The position numbers and the translations under genes were made by a program. The notes beneath the pieces were generated by a model. That model was not told where the DNA came from. It searched no databases and worked only from the letters and a program-made list of their open reading frames with translations. A stretch of 64,000 nt of DNA from Macrostomum hystrix. Lineage: Eukaryota > Animalia > Platyhelminthes. Of the stretch, positions 25,852 to 39,571 are shown piece by piece (the stretch's first letter is position 1; each line of letters opens with the position of its first letter). Where the stretch lies: positions 11,222,001 through 11,286,000 of the forward strand of contig CATNEN010000003.1 of NCBI GenBank assembly GCA_950097015.1, given 5' to 3'.

Positions 25852-28800
25852 GTTTTTTGTCAATCAGAAATGGTTTTTTTAATTGATTTTAAACCCAAAT
25901 TTCAAGAAAAAGTTAGTGCAGATGAAAACAAAGCTGAAATTTTGTAGCAGTAATAATTTGTTTACAGATTCAAACAAGTTTAATTATTATATAGTGTATA
26001 AGGACGACTTTGGAAATTAGTAAGCACATTTCCAATGGCTACTACTTTTAGGTCGCATTGCAACATGTTTTAAGGATGGAAAGATCAAGCTATGATATTT
26101 TATTCGAAAATGAATGTGTGGATGAGGTTGTATTAAATAAAATTAATTATAAATAATTTTATAAGTTCATAAAAGGGTCTTTTGATCTGAGATTTTCAAT
26201 TTGGAAAAATATAGTTAAAGTTGAAATTCACCCACAAGGCCCCACATTCTTGTAAAAAGCATTACATCTAAATTTTTGCTACAATATAGTAAGGATATAT
26301 GATTCTTCTTTGTGTAGTTAAGTTAAATCTTAAAGCAATACAAACAAAATGTTAAAAGCTATTTTAAAATTAATAACATCTAACATATTGGGGCCTATGT
26401 TAACATTTTTTGCTAATGCTAGTGAAAGAGGACAGTTTATATATTATAATCTGATGGTTTTACAGGCTAAAAAACTTCGGCATAATTTTCTTTTGAGAGA
26501 AAAACATTGGCCAAGCAAGAATGTCATAGGACAAGGAGATCTACACATTAGTGTATTTTGCAGCAAAACTTTTAGTACCAAATAAATGTTTCTCTAGTTT
26601 ACTAATCATTTACAAATGATCCTTTTACAATTAGTTGCTACCATACTTTTGTATTGTAATATATTGTATCTAAATTTCACATTTTCTAGAAAGTGACCAG
26701 TGAAATTGACATTTTGTTTTAAATCATAACTTTTGTTTAAATGAATGAATATTTGTAATACTGTATAAATATTTGCTTAAATGTATCAGCCATTTTTATT
26801 ACAAAATAAGTATAAATACGACTGAGTTTAGCAAAAGAAAATTAAATTTTGGTTTATACCAAGTTCATACACAATACTCAGAGGTGTTCTTTCATTCTCG
26901 AAAAAAATATGAAAAGAAATACAAAGAGAACTCAAGAAAGAGAGAGAAGTAGAAATTATTGCTGTACAATTGAGATCATTGGTGATGCCCTTTGGAAAGC
27001 CTATTCTCAGAAATACATACATATGATAAAGCAAGTGACCAGAATAACTAAATACAATACTTAGACCAACTAAAATATGATACTTAGACAAATTAAATAT
27101 GATACCAGACTAACAAAAAATGCAAGACAGAAATTATTTTAAATATATAAAGCACATTATAGGTAATTTAAAGAAATACCTATAACAACTTTGAAAGGAT
27201 ATTAAAAAATTAGAATTGCTACAACTTTAGTGACATGTGTGACATAATATAATGAGAGTGATAATAAATGAGATAAGCACTAGGACAACTTTGGTGACAT
27301 CATTGAGATAAAGACTTTACTGAGAAGTTAGGCCTACTACAGTACTTACAGGCAATCACTCATGAACTAGCTGCAATTTTGAAGCCTTTTTGCACAAAAA
27401 ACATACTGATAGCTTTCTTATTCTGTTAAAAAAAACATTTTTTTTCATACACAGGCCTATTATGATACTAGGTAGTGCTTAGTATAATATAAGATCACTT
27501 ATAATATTTTGATAAAGTTAACTAAATAGATTAAAAGCAAATTGTCTCCCTAGCCCCTAGGCTATGCTATGCATGTTATATGTGATAATAAAATTGCAAG
27601 CCTGTTTTATATAGTTAATTTTTTACGAAGTTTCTTTCCAAAATTGCGATCCAATATCCTTGAATTTTCAAAGCGATTATTCATATTTATTATTCATATT
27701 CACGTCATTCAAATATTCGATTTTTAGCAATGTGTATGTTATTTCTCGGGAAAGTCGAATCACACGCTAAAGCTAAGCCTAGAAGAAAATCAGCTGATTT
27801 ATTAAAATGGCAGAATTTCAGCAAGATAAAAATGCGATGTAAATAAACGTCAAAGAAAAACAAATACACTTTTATCAAAAATTCTCATTACATAAAAGCA
27901 GTTACAAATAAAAAATGCGTACGATAAAAAAGTTAAATTTTTATATACAAATTTTTTTTCAGTTTTTACTTTTTTATTTATTTGGCGATCTTTGCACGAA
28001 ATCTTCGATTGCACATGACGATGACTCGATCAACTTTAACAGTTTTGATATGTCCTATGATACAAGATAATTCTTCTGGGGGATCACCACTTGCCATTAA
28101 ATACCGGGGATGATTTTGTTCCTATGTTTATATTTGCGTTGGTACCAAGCAAGGTTAGTAGCAGTTGCCTGCATCATGAATGAAATAGAAGTGGTTAGCT
28201 TTAAGTTCTATACCAATTAGGAAGCAAAGGACGCAGGAATAATAGGCCTAAGCAATTCTCACCATGGTGTAATATACATATTGCTTTCTAATTGTTTTGC
28301 CTGCTTTTTAGCTAAATAAAATGTATTTATTAAATTATGATTTGTAAATTGAACTATTTTGGTCTTGAAGTCCAAAAAAATTAGGGGTGCTGGTCTTTTT
28401 GTCAACTGCCACATTGTCAACTCTGTTGACGAAGTGACCAACATTTAAGGGTGGTCTTACTGGCAGTTGAGGAAATGACCAAGGTTTGAGGCTGCCTTAT
28501 TGGCCAGTTGACAAAATAACATCACAGTGTTAGTCACTTCACCAACCAGTTAACATTGTCAAAAATTGTTATAGTGTAACGTTGTCTAGTTAGCGTGCAT
28601 CCAGATGTAAATTGACATTCATTGTAAGAGAACCAACATGTGTGTGTGAGAGAGAGAGTAGGGGGAGTTGTGCGAAAAGTCACATTGCACATTGTCATAT
28701 TTTGTTGGAAAGCATCCCTTTCCTAGAAAGCGCCCACTTTCTGAAATCCCCACTGAATTGAAACAAACAAATGGAAACATCTTTTGACATCTGTTAATTC

Positions 28801-29127
28801 TCTCAATCCTTCTTCACAGCCATGCACCCCCCAGCTGACAATGTGTGCCCTATCTTGGTCTTGGTTTCAATCAAAACGTGGGTCGTGCTAGAGCAGAGGG
28901 GTAAATGACACCTTTAGTTGGTAGGCAGCTCTTGTGAGGTACAAATTAGCACCATGTCTTATATCCCTAAATATCATGTCTCAACAACAGGCCCCACCAG
29001 CCAAGCCAATCCAAAATACTTAAACCTGACACTGCACCCTCCTCAAACACTATTTATAATGTAATGTAGCTCATAGTAGGCTTTCAGGAGGGCCACTCAA
29101 TTTTTGTGTCTTGGCAATGGAGACTGA

Positions 29128-29300
29128 AAGTGTATTCAGTGCTCAGAGACTGTGCGGCCACGTCAACAAGCCATATATACAGTGTGATTCGTGCCAAAAG
29201 TGGCAAAATTGAACTTGTGGAACTGGAATCTAACAAGCAGAGTACAGGTAGCTTATGCGGCAAGATGTGTTTGCATGGTCGTGTGCCACTTGTGGGCCTG
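29128..29300 (+). pseudogene. Decayed PHD-finger coding relic, probably transposon-derived
   Basis: After removing a 4-nt frameshift: KCIQCSETVRPRQQAIQCDSCQKWQN*TCGTGI*QAEYR*LMRQDVFAWSCATC (C4HC3-like spacing with stops). Flanked by related GTTGACGAAATGACC repeats at ~28400-28560 and ~29655-29720. Confidence 0.6.
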
Positions 29301-30658
29301 CCGGGGAGCTCTTCCTGACTCTTACACCATAGTCAGGAATGTAGCATTGTACATGTACATTTTACATTGTACTCACATGTACATCATGTAGATGTATGCC
29401 CGCACCCCACTTAATCTTTGTGATCTTTGTGATATATTTGTGATAACATTGCACCATGCAGTATAGTTACACTACAGTATATTTGAATTCAAGGGACTGT
29501 GGTTATGTGGTATTAACTAAATATACTAATACATTAATTTATTCAGTTTGACCAATTTGAATATTAAAATCGTTTTAACAAATCATTCCTTGTCGATATT
29601 TGTATGGGTTAGGCTATACAAGCCATACAAGGCACAGAATGGGTGATATTTTATTGGCAGTTAATGAAATGACCAAGGTTTGAGATTGCCCCATTGCCCA
29701 GTTGACGAAATGACTAGGATCTAAAATTAGATAGGTAGGTCTATAGGCCTTAGCCCTTAGGCTTAGATAGCCTATTTTTCTTATCTTGACAGCTTGACAA
29801 ATATTCGTTGAAATAAGTAGGCACACTAGCCTATAATAAGAATACTATAGGCCTAAAATAAGTGCTGCAACTAAGTCTTGTTTAATCAACATGCAAGCTT
29901 TTCACCATATCATTGTGTGTATAATGTAAATAAACCAAGTTTATTTTTTGCTACATGGGGGTCTAGGACAAGAGGCACTGCAACAGCATTTGTGACTCTG
30001 AATCCAGTCCATTTTTAGCAAAAACTACTTTGTCAACAACATTGTTAGACAACAAGTCATTAAGCAAGATTGTTTGACAACAATTTAGACAAATGTTCTA
30101 ATTTTGCTATGAATAGTTGTCAAGCTAAATATTAAATGGCACTTTTTATCAAGTTCCATGGCTTGAGCTTTCACTGTATTGATAGCAAAGATTTGGTAGG
30201 AAATACTATTGTTTCATTGTTAATTAATATGATTATATTATTGAGCCACCTATTTGTGTTGTAGGGCTCTTATTTGCAGTGACATTGGTATAGCTAGCAT
30301 GGATTGTCCAATCATAACAATTTGTGTAAATTGGTAGCCTAAAAAGTTTAGATTGAAGAAGAAACAACTGATAACAATTTGACAGTTAGGTTAAAGGTTA
30401 AGCTTTGTATCCCTAAAGTAGAAATTTTGGGTCTATGTAGTCTGCTCATGTACTCAGTGTATTTAACTAATCTGCATTAAAAATAATTTTTTCTAGTTTA
30501 AAGTTATCAGCACAATTTTCAACTTTATTAGAATAAGTGACATTTATCAAATAGCATCTAGAGCTTCTTTTTGAATTTGCAGAAATTCTGAAACAAAAAC
30601 AACTAAAAAAGTTCGTTGCCAAGGTTAAGACTAACATTTATACTGATCGCCCTCTAGT

Positions 30659-33600
30659 ATGGGCAAGAAGAATCAACAGCCGCGCACAAAGGGCAACGCC
30701 CGACCTTCTAGTAGCCAATCGGCTGCTGATTTTCTTCAACGCCAGCAGCAATCCTTGCTAGTGGGCTTTGATGGCACCGCTGCCACTAGTTCTGCTACCC
30801 CTGCCGCTGCATCTTTTGCTTCATTCGACACAGCAGGAGCTGCAGCAGCAGCAGTCTTAGATCCAGGCTTTTTGCCAGCCACTGAAGAAGCTGCTCAACA
30901 GTTGGACTCCGCCCTAGACTCTGAATTGCATTTCGCTCTACGTCGACTGACTAAACGCGACGCTGTTACTAAGCAGAAAGCGCTAAGCGACTTGCTCAGC
31001 CTGCTCAGTAATAGGCCGGATGAAGCTCTTGAGGCTACTCTGCCATTCTGGACTAGATTGTATGCCAGATTAGCGTTAGATAGTGATCGCCGGGTTCGTG
31101 AACTAGCCCAGCCAATCACAGGAGAGCTGGCTGCGCGCCTTAAGAAACGTTTTCCGCCTAATCTACTGCGCGAAACCCTGCCTTACTGGCTGATGTCTCA
31201 GGCTGATCCATCGGAGTCTGTGGCCAACGCTGCTAAGATGGCATTTCAGCGGGCTTTCAGCGAAGTCAAACGATGCTCAGCTGTTGTGTTTGCTTTTGAC
31301 AGAACCTTGCAGGTAAATTTACTAAGCACTAGAATAGGAAATACAATGATTCGGCTAGGATATATAATAATAATAAAATAATATTTGATGTGGTGGGCTG
31401 CGGGCAATGGCACATTATTTGGTGACACTAGACCCGCAGCCAGCGAGGAGATAATTCTGCCCATTTCGCTGACTCCTGAGCACACAGGCACACATATACC
31501 GTACGCGTGCACACACTCACGCAGGATGTGTACATCTGCCCTGAATTTCTCATCGTCAGGCAGTGTACACTTTCACTGTTCCTTGGAGGTTGGCCCTCAA
31601 GGGCGTAAATTGCACCACAAGCCCCCAAGCCTTCTCTCCGCGGCTGCGTCCCTAATAAATGTGGCCTCGCCGTGGAATCGAGCTCAGGGACCTTGGTGCG
31701 AGAGGCAAACGTGTTAGACCAGTCTGCCACACACCCCCTGCTGATTATACTAGTTTTACAGCTAGGTAAACTTAAGATTCAAACTCCTGACCTTTCCTTC
31801 AGTAGTCAAAAGCGCATCTGTTCAAATAAAGACAATTTTTTTTTCAACAGGTTGCCCTTGAAACGTTGGACACATCGGCGCCATTGAAACCTGCCGATGT
31901 CGGCCTTCTAGATTCTACTAATTGCGATTTCACTCGTTTAGTTTACACTTCACTTGGCTGTTTGCAATATCTATTGAACACTTTGACTGCCGCTTCGGAT
32001 CCGAGGCACCGCGTTGCCATGGTTACCGCTCTGTCCGGGCAGTCGGCATGGCGTTACTCGCCTCTATGCCAACAGTCGTCTCCGTTGGCAGCTGCTCATC
32101 TTCGCCTAGCAACCACCGTCTGTACAGTCTATCTACCATTGTCAACATCAACTGACACTGTTGAAGATACGGACGATCCCTATCTACAATCGCTGCGTCA
32201 ACTTATTGACAAAGTTGCCAAGGGTAACGCCGATCTGGCCATGACCAGTCTATGGTCTGAACAGCCCACGCTAGTACAATGCGGCCTAGACGCTTCGCTT
32301 AGTCTTGTTAGAGCTCGGCCGCAGCTGTGCTGGAATCAGCACGCTTTTCGCAAACGCTTCCTGCCACGTCTGCGAAGTTTTCTATCGGCCTCTGTTGTGT
32401 CAGCGTCGGCCGTGTTGGGTGGTCGCCTGCTCTATCCCAGCCTATTGCCATTGTTTAGCATTCTGCCTTTGGATCCTACTGTGGAGAAAGATCTAGACGA
32501 ACTAGTTGGATTGTTACTGTTGCTAGCAGATGCGACAGTATTTCAAAGTGTCATCGGTGCCAGCGGCAGTGGAAGCCATCTATTGTTGCTACCCTGCGCT
32601 GCTTTGATGGAATGCGGCCGCTATTTGGTCCAGCGCGCACTGGCTGCTTCTGCTGCTGCTGCTGTTGCTGATACGGCTGCTGATTCTGTGTCGTTGCAAA
32701 GTGCGGCAATTAATGCTCCTATGGAGCGTCTCATTAGATTGTTATGCAACGCGTGCAGTAAGGTTAGTAATTGCGTTGTGAGCTGTACTCAGTCCTGTCT
32801 GAAGCGTCTGAAAGACCCAGATCGATCATACCTGAAATCCTGAGTCTGTATTTTTTAAGCGCAACCTCTTACCGCGCAAGTGACGGTCGATTAACGACTA
32901 TCCTAAAAGACTAATAGATTTCGTCGAAAGTAAACCCCGCCGCTGCAACTCAATGCTCTTATATCGTAATGAGTGCCAAATTGGACCCCTCCAATTGACA
33001 TTAGTCAATAGTCTAATCGTCGCTCAAATTTACCTGCTACTATTACCTCTGGCTTAGTAAATTCTAAGTAATTGTCCGCTCATCCTGTTATAATTTCCTG
33101 TCTAGCGTCCATCTGCTCACAGCGCTAAGTTTTCAATCTGGTTTATATAGTGTTTGTTCGTTTATTGTGGTCGTACTAAAAGGCTTTTCGTAAGAAAAGT
33201 TGATCTTAGCTCCTATCTCGGTAAATATCAGCCCTTAAATTTCAACTTAGCAATACGCAAGCTTTACCGGGCCCTCTCACTTCCTCTCTCCCATGTTAAA
33301 CTCCGAGCGGTCCAGTACTCGAATCCGCTTCTCGTACTCAGCCTGAACGTACATACGTTAGTCTTAAATTACAATTTAATTGCATTGCAGATCCTCACTG
33401 ACAGTAATTTATCAAGTCTGGTTCCATGTGCGTCACTGAATTTACTACAGCTGCTGAGTTTGACAGCTAAATTTAGCAACTCCACTGTCGATATATATGA
33501 ATTGGCTATGACCGCTCTGTTGGACAGTTTGAGCAGTGGACTCTCCTCTGGTCAGCCAGTGACTTACGCTTTGGCTGCGCGTCAACTTCGACTAACTATG

Positions 33601-36600
33601 AGCATTAGTCGGTCTGAACTAGACTCACGCTTGAGATCTCTACTTGTCGTAGATGGTAGTAGCAATAATGCCAGTGGCGGTCGACTAGAAGCTAGTAATA
33701 TTGAATCTGCTGACAGTCAAGTAGGAGTTGATTTAGATTGGCCACCGGTGGTTTCCGATTGGCTGCCAACGGATGTTGCCATTAGATTAAGCAGTGTGTT
33801 TAAAACTGTGCCATTGGCTAGTGTAGCGTTTGGTTTAAGCGAATCGCAAAAATTAGACAATGTGCCTGCGAATTGGCTGACGGACATGCCGTCGCAACTG
33901 GCTGGTCCTTTGCTTAGCGCAATTATCACCGCCTTACCTATTGACACTGTCACCTCACTAGTCGATGCGCTGTCGCCCGATCAACTGTCCACTGCTGTTA
34001 CATATTGGCTCGCACCTTTGACTAGTAGGACTGACAAAAGTCCTGCCGCTTCTGCGCTTCTTCAAGGTTTAAAGCGTCGCCTTGATGCTTGGCTATCTGG
34101 CTTAGTAGAATCCGTGTTCTCGTCGTCACAAGGCTTGAATCAGCTGCGTCCGGCTCTTGATTTGATGTTTAAAGCGGAAAATATTGTTGACAATCCTAAG
34201 AATGAGCCGCAGTTAGCCTCATTGCGTCCGCGCCTATTTGATTTGTTAGTTAATCGCTGCGATAGCGAACTTGAAGATCGAGATGACGGAACCACAGCAG
34301 CTAAACAAGTTGGTAGCTTAGCTAAACGTTTGGCTAACCTGGCCGATTCACTGGCAGTCTATTTCAACACATCGCCAAATAATAATTTGTTAGAGCAACA
34401 AATGCAACGAGTTAATTGTCGATTGGCTCAATTGATTGTTCACAGTTTGGCTAACAATGGACTTGTTGATGAGGACTTTACTCGCGATGGAAATGAAATA
34501 GTGCCTTGGCCAAATGCTTTTAATACTGGCAGTGGAGATGCAGCCATCGAAGGAGTGAAAGCTCTAGCCTTGGCTGCTGCTGATAGTGAGATTGTCGCTT
34601 TGCGATTGGCTCCACTAGCTGAGTGCTTGCTGCAACTAGCCGATAGTGTCTGGCCAAGTGAATGGCTTTCGGAGATTGTTTACACTCTACTACCGTCTAC
34701 TTGGAATGATTATCTTGACTGGCTGCGTACATTAGGTCCTCCGGAGCTAACACTGCCAGCTGATCGAGCTATTGTCACCGGTAATAAAGCATCAGATTCT
34801 TCAGCATTTATCCGTCTGCAGTCGCTCGCCGCTTGTACTCTTCGTCCGAAGCTTCTAACCTTAGCTGGTCGCACAGGCCACGGGGACCTACTGCGACTCT
34901 GCTTGATGTGTTCGGCTTGGCTGTCTGATTCATTTGCCAGTTTAATAAATCAAAGACTTGGCACTGCAGAAGATAATGAGGACATTGTCGGCCTGTTTGA
35001 TCGCTGGTTGTTTAGCGAACCTACAGACGAAGATATTCGTAACGGTGTTGATGAAGATGGAGACATTGTTGTCCAGCTTCACTTGGCAGCGTTTATTAAA
35101 CGCAGTGGAGTTTACAGCGGCGGCTCTCTCACTGACGAACGTCTGCGTACTAGACTAGTGACTCTGGTCACCGCTCCGTCCGCTACGACGATTGACGCAC
35201 TTTTAGCTGCGGGTGGTCGTCAGTTCGAAGCTCTGGTAAGTTTTGGCTCTCTAATAAGTGATTATGGGTCCAATCCAAGAACAGATAATCCAAAAATATG
35301 ATAGCGGGCCGCACTGGGATGTGACATGGGAAAACGACACAGCATAGACAAGATAGGGTAGTGTATGGTTGGATTGGACCACGAGCAGAAGTGAAAACGG
35401 GATTGCTGACCTGTAGTTTAGATGGTTCTAATGACCACAGTGGTTTATATAGCATCCTTCCTTATTATTGTTATAATATTCGTAAAATTTTTAGAAAGCT
35501 CTTATCTTGCTTCTGTCAGTAGGTAATAAAAATATGCGTATTTTCTTTCAGGTTGCATTCGCGCCAGTTGTTCTAGACTATCTAACATCGAGCGACAATG
35601 CCAGCGATTCTAATACGCATCGCCTAGCCGAAGACACTGTCACTCGTCTGCTTTCTGGTCTAACGCGTGCGTCTGTAACAAGATCAACGCATTCCGACGT
35701 TAACAGTAGCCTACTATTTCGTCGAAATCTTAGATTAGCATCGGCTGTACTCTCCAGCGAACGTTACACGCACGAATGGACAGTTGTGCAATCGGTTTTA
35801 GATGCGAAAATCGCTTCAGATCCAGATTTTCTTGTTGACACTTGCGACGCCATGGTTGATAAAGACAGTGCTGGTCGAGTAGCGGATAATTGTGCCTTAC
35901 TAACTGCATTCTACTCCGTTGTATCTAGAGCCGATTTAACCAAATCCCAGTGGGATTTCGCGTTGTGCTCATTAGCAGCTTGGCTGGCCGCAGCGGCCTC
36001 TCTATCGGTGGATCAGCTGGCTCAATTGCCGGCCAGGCATCCAACTTGGCGTCTGCTGTGTAGAGCATGCCATCTAGCTAGCGAAGCTGCTAAACGATTG
36101 GCTGTTGGAAGTACCGTCAGTGGCTCCTCAACCGTAGCTCTGAGCAGTGTTAAAGCGGAATGGCTAGAATTCTTCTCTCCGCATCTGTTAGAGAGCGAAT
36201 TGGCTCTGTTTAATTTGATTGAAAATCTAGACGGATGCTCTAGGTGAGGCTCGATGAAGGTTTTTAAACACTTGTACTATTTACAGTAGAAAGACTACTT
36301 AGGAGTGTTTCAAACACCCGCTGCCTACTTCGCCATAGCTCCCAAACCGAACGACCGATTTTCGTGAAAGTCCACCAAATGGATCAAAGTTTTCCTATTT
36401 ACGACGAACTAACTTTCAAAGCCGTCGGACGTTAGCATCGTCGAGATATTCAACGATTCTTGACGAAGAACCTGGTGACAAGTATCAACATACTATAATC
36501 CACAATTATAGCCGAACATGTAGAGAAAAAATATGCCTATTTTGGTGGTTTTGTCCAACAGACTCACCCGACGGGAATTGTTAAATATCTCGATGGTGCC

Positions 36601-39571
36601 AAATCGTCGTTTTCGTTTTCTGGATTTTCATGCCCATTGGTTGAATATTTTCGGGTATACAATCCGGCTAATAAAAGTAATACAAATAAAAATAATATAA
36701 TTAAGCCAGACGTGCAGCCGAAAACGCTGCCGCAGGTATGGCGCATCTGAAGGCTGCGAACAGCTGTATAGTCCATGGACTGTGGGACGCCACACCTACC
36801 CTCAATTACTCAAGTTGATGCTGGTACCCATTTAACAGACTGGATGAAATGAAGCAATTTAAAATTAAGTGTTTTGCTAAAGCAGGGGTCAGCAAACTCC
36901 GGACCGCGTGCCAGACGCGGCCCTCGAAGCTCCCAAATCCGGCCCGTTTCCCCTTCTGACACCTACAGTATCCTACAGTATCTTTCCTTGGTCTCATCTC
37001 ACCGGCGTCTTATCTCTCCCCTGTCTCATCTATCCCGTGTCTTATCTCCCCCTGTCATCTATTCTCTATCTTATCTCTCCTCTATCTCATATCTCTACAG
37101 TAAATGCGGCCCGCTAGCTAATAAGTTTACCGTCCCTTGTGCTAAAGGATACAAATAGTTTCAGTAGGAATCGAACCCCTGACCTTAACGTCGTGAATCT
37201 AACTTTCTAACCAGTTGATAATCGATTGTTTTTTTCAATCGATTTTCACCCTCAGAGACAGCCTCCTGGCCCGTCTGTGCCTAGCTCTGTCGGCCTGCCC
37301 AGCTCCCGTTCTGCTGGCTCATCGATTCCCGCCGGAGCTTCACGCTGATGACGCTGCTCTGCTGTCTAGCGGCCTGACGCCTGCGCTGCAGACTCTGCTG
37401 AATCGAGCTAGCCGATTGGCTTTCGACGCCAACCAACCGGCGCCCGTGTCTGCCGCGTTTGCTCAGCTGATTGTGTCTGCGCTGCCTGCCGCAGCTGAAG
37501 GCATCGCTGCAGCCGTTGTGGCCAATGCTTCATCGACTGGGGCAGACTTTGAACAGGTTCGGGATTTAATACAAATTCTCTCAGTTTCAGACAGTCAGAT
37601 TGTCAGTTATTCTGGTCAGGTCAGCTGTCAGACAGTCGGGATGTCAGCTGTCAGACAGTCGGGGTGTCAGCTGTCAGACAGTCAGTGTGTCAGCTGTCAG
37701 ACAGTCAGGGTGTCAGCTGTCAGACAGTCAGTGTGTCAGCTGTCAGACAGCCAGGTTGTCAGCTGTCAGACAGTGTGTCAGCTGTCAGACAGTGTCAGCT
37801 GTCAGACAGTGTGTCAGCTGTCAGACAGGTTGTCAGCTGTCAGACAGTCAGGTTGTCAGCTGTCAGACAGTCAGGGTGTCAGCTGTTACATCACCCCGAT
37901 CAAACTGTGCAGGATGTCTCATCATCGGACGCCAGTGCAGCTGGTGCCACCGATGCCCTGGTGCCGCTCTGTCTCCGTCATCGGCTACGAAAATTCGCCG
38001 TGCCAGTCCCGGATCCGCTCTACTCTCGCCTCCTGGTAGCCGAACCCGTCAGTGGAGCCTCCTGGCTGACTCCGGCTGATGCTTGTCGCGTGTCTCGCCA
38101 GCTGTTGAACGGCCTGGCCCTGCTGCATCTGGTTCGCGTTGCTCAACCAGCTGAGCTCCGCGCTCGCCTAGCTGAATGGTTGAGCACAGGCGGCTATCTC
38201 AATCAGATGCTTCTCACTGCCTGTCCATTGCTACCTGCTAATCCTTCGGCTGGACCGCTTCAACCATTGGGACCGGAATGCGGGGCGGGTATTGGCTGGC
38301 GCTGTTGTCATGGCAACCAGGGCCTGGAAGCCTCCAGTCTAGCGTTGGACCTGCTGGTTCTAACTCTACGCCACCTGCCGGCGCTGTTTCGCAATTGGCG
38401 AGCCAGTCTAACGGATAGAAGATTGTCCAACTCTGTTGACAAGTATGTGAAACGTTGGATATCTCCCGCATTGTGCGACCTGGAACTGCGGCTAGTCCAG
38501 ACTTCGTCGGCTGCGTCTACTGCCGCCGATGGTGGCGCTGAAGCTCGCGAATTGACGGTGAAAGCTAGGCCGGCATCTCGCGAGATTGTGGCCTCCTATC
38601 AGGTGAGCTGTAAAATATTTTAAACCAAACCTAAACTAGATGCCGAGCCTAAAATATGAAAATGGTTGCAGGATACACTAGACCGTCAACCAGCGAGGTG
38701 GCAATTCTGCCCATTTCGCTGACTCCTGAGCACACACGCACACAGGTGTGTACATCCGCCTTGACTTTCTCATTGTCAGGCAGTGTACACTCTCACTGTG
38801 CCTTGGAGGTTGGTCATTATTAGCGTTAATTGCACAACAAGCCCCCAAGCCTTCTCTCCGCGGCTACGCCCTAAATAAATGTGTGGCGTCGCCGCGAAAT
38901 CGAGCTCGGGACCTATGTGCCCAGAATTTTGCCCAGTGTCTAGAGCGACGGGCTTACGACCGAGGGTGGTCCGGAGTTCGAATCTCAGCCCAATAGAGAC
39001 AGACTGTGTGTGTCCTTACTTACTTACCCAGTGCTTCAGTTCACCAAGCTGTACTGATAATCTTGGTGGTTGTAGTCCCCATAAGCACAGTCCATGGACT
39101 AAACAGCTCTGCATCTACTTACCTCTCTGGCTAAAAGTCCAATTTAAAAAACATTTTCTTGGAAAACTTCAGGTAACAGATGAGCACTCTGCCGAGCTGC
39201 TCATCACTCTGCCAGTCGATTATCCTCTCGGCCAGCCAACCGTAGAGATGGGTAAACGAGTCGGCATCCCTAGCAACGATTGGCGTCGTTGGCAACTACA
39301 AATGGCCGCCTTTTTGCGCAGCCAAAACGGCTCTTTGTTGGATGGCATCGATTTGTGGAAGCGAAATGTAGACAAGAAATTTGAAGGCATTGAAGACTGC
39401 ATGATCTGCTACAGCATACTGCACGGCTCTAATTATCGCCTACCTGATCTGCAGTGCCGGGTCTGTCGCAAACGCTTTCATCGGGCCTGTATGCGACAGT
39501 GGTTCGAGACCTCTCAGAATCCTACATGTCCATTGTGCAGGAATACATTTGACTTCATCACTCGATCTTGA
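30659..39571 (+). CDS. LTN1: E3 ubiquitin-protein ligase listerin. Exons 30659-31312, 31851-32762, 33391-35235, 35552-36243, 37256-37556, ~37883-38602, 39173-39571
   Basis: Conserved N-terminus MGKKNQQPRTKGNARPSSS and LRRLTKRDAVTKQKAL...DSDRRVRE; long helical middle; RWD-like segment (LPVDYPL...QNGSLLDGIDLWKRNVDKKFEG) and C-terminal RING CMICYSILH...CRVCRKRFHRACMRQWF...CPLCR. Junctions are GT-AG; the exon-6 acceptor is ambiguous (37883 or 37913). Confidence 0.95.
31365..31740 (-). mobile_element. Full-length SINE family A copy in LTN1 intron 1
   Basis: On the minus strand: A-box TGGCAGACTGG, B-box-like GAGCTCGATTCC, conserved body and (ATT)n-like tail. Confidence 0.88.
36690..37213 (-). mobile_element. 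tRNA-derived SINE family B (CORE-like central domain), interrupted by a hAT MITE
   Basis: Minus strand: tRNA-like head with GGTTCGATTCC, then TGTATCCTTTAGCAAAACACTTAA...TAAATGGGTACC (resembles CORE-type domains). Body is shared with 44325-44525. Confidence 0.7.
36883..37139. mobile_element. hAT-superfamily MITE (257 bp)
   Basis: Termini CAGGGGTCAGCAAACT...AGTTTACCGTCCCTTG, subterminal CGGCCCG motifs, perfect 8-bp TSD TGCTAAAG (36875-36882, 37140-37147). Confidence 0.9.
37580..37886. repeat. GTCAGCTGTCAGACA-based minisatellite filling LTN1 intron 5 up to the acceptor
   Basis: About 13 variable-length units; the last unit overlaps the exon start. Confidence 0.9.
38665..38920 (-). mobile_element. 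SINE family A copy in LTN1 intron 6, followed by another tRNA-headed SINE-like segment (~38940-39135, +)
   Basis: Family A core present; the adjacent segment has GGAGTTCGAATCTC and CACAGTCCATGGACT, shared with family B. Confidence 0.8.

Noticed and set aside
3220-39571. Functional cluster of eIF5, ZFYVE1 and LTN1 (translation/quality control)
   Set aside because: Adjacent housekeeping genes with mixed orientation and no shared regulatory signal visible.
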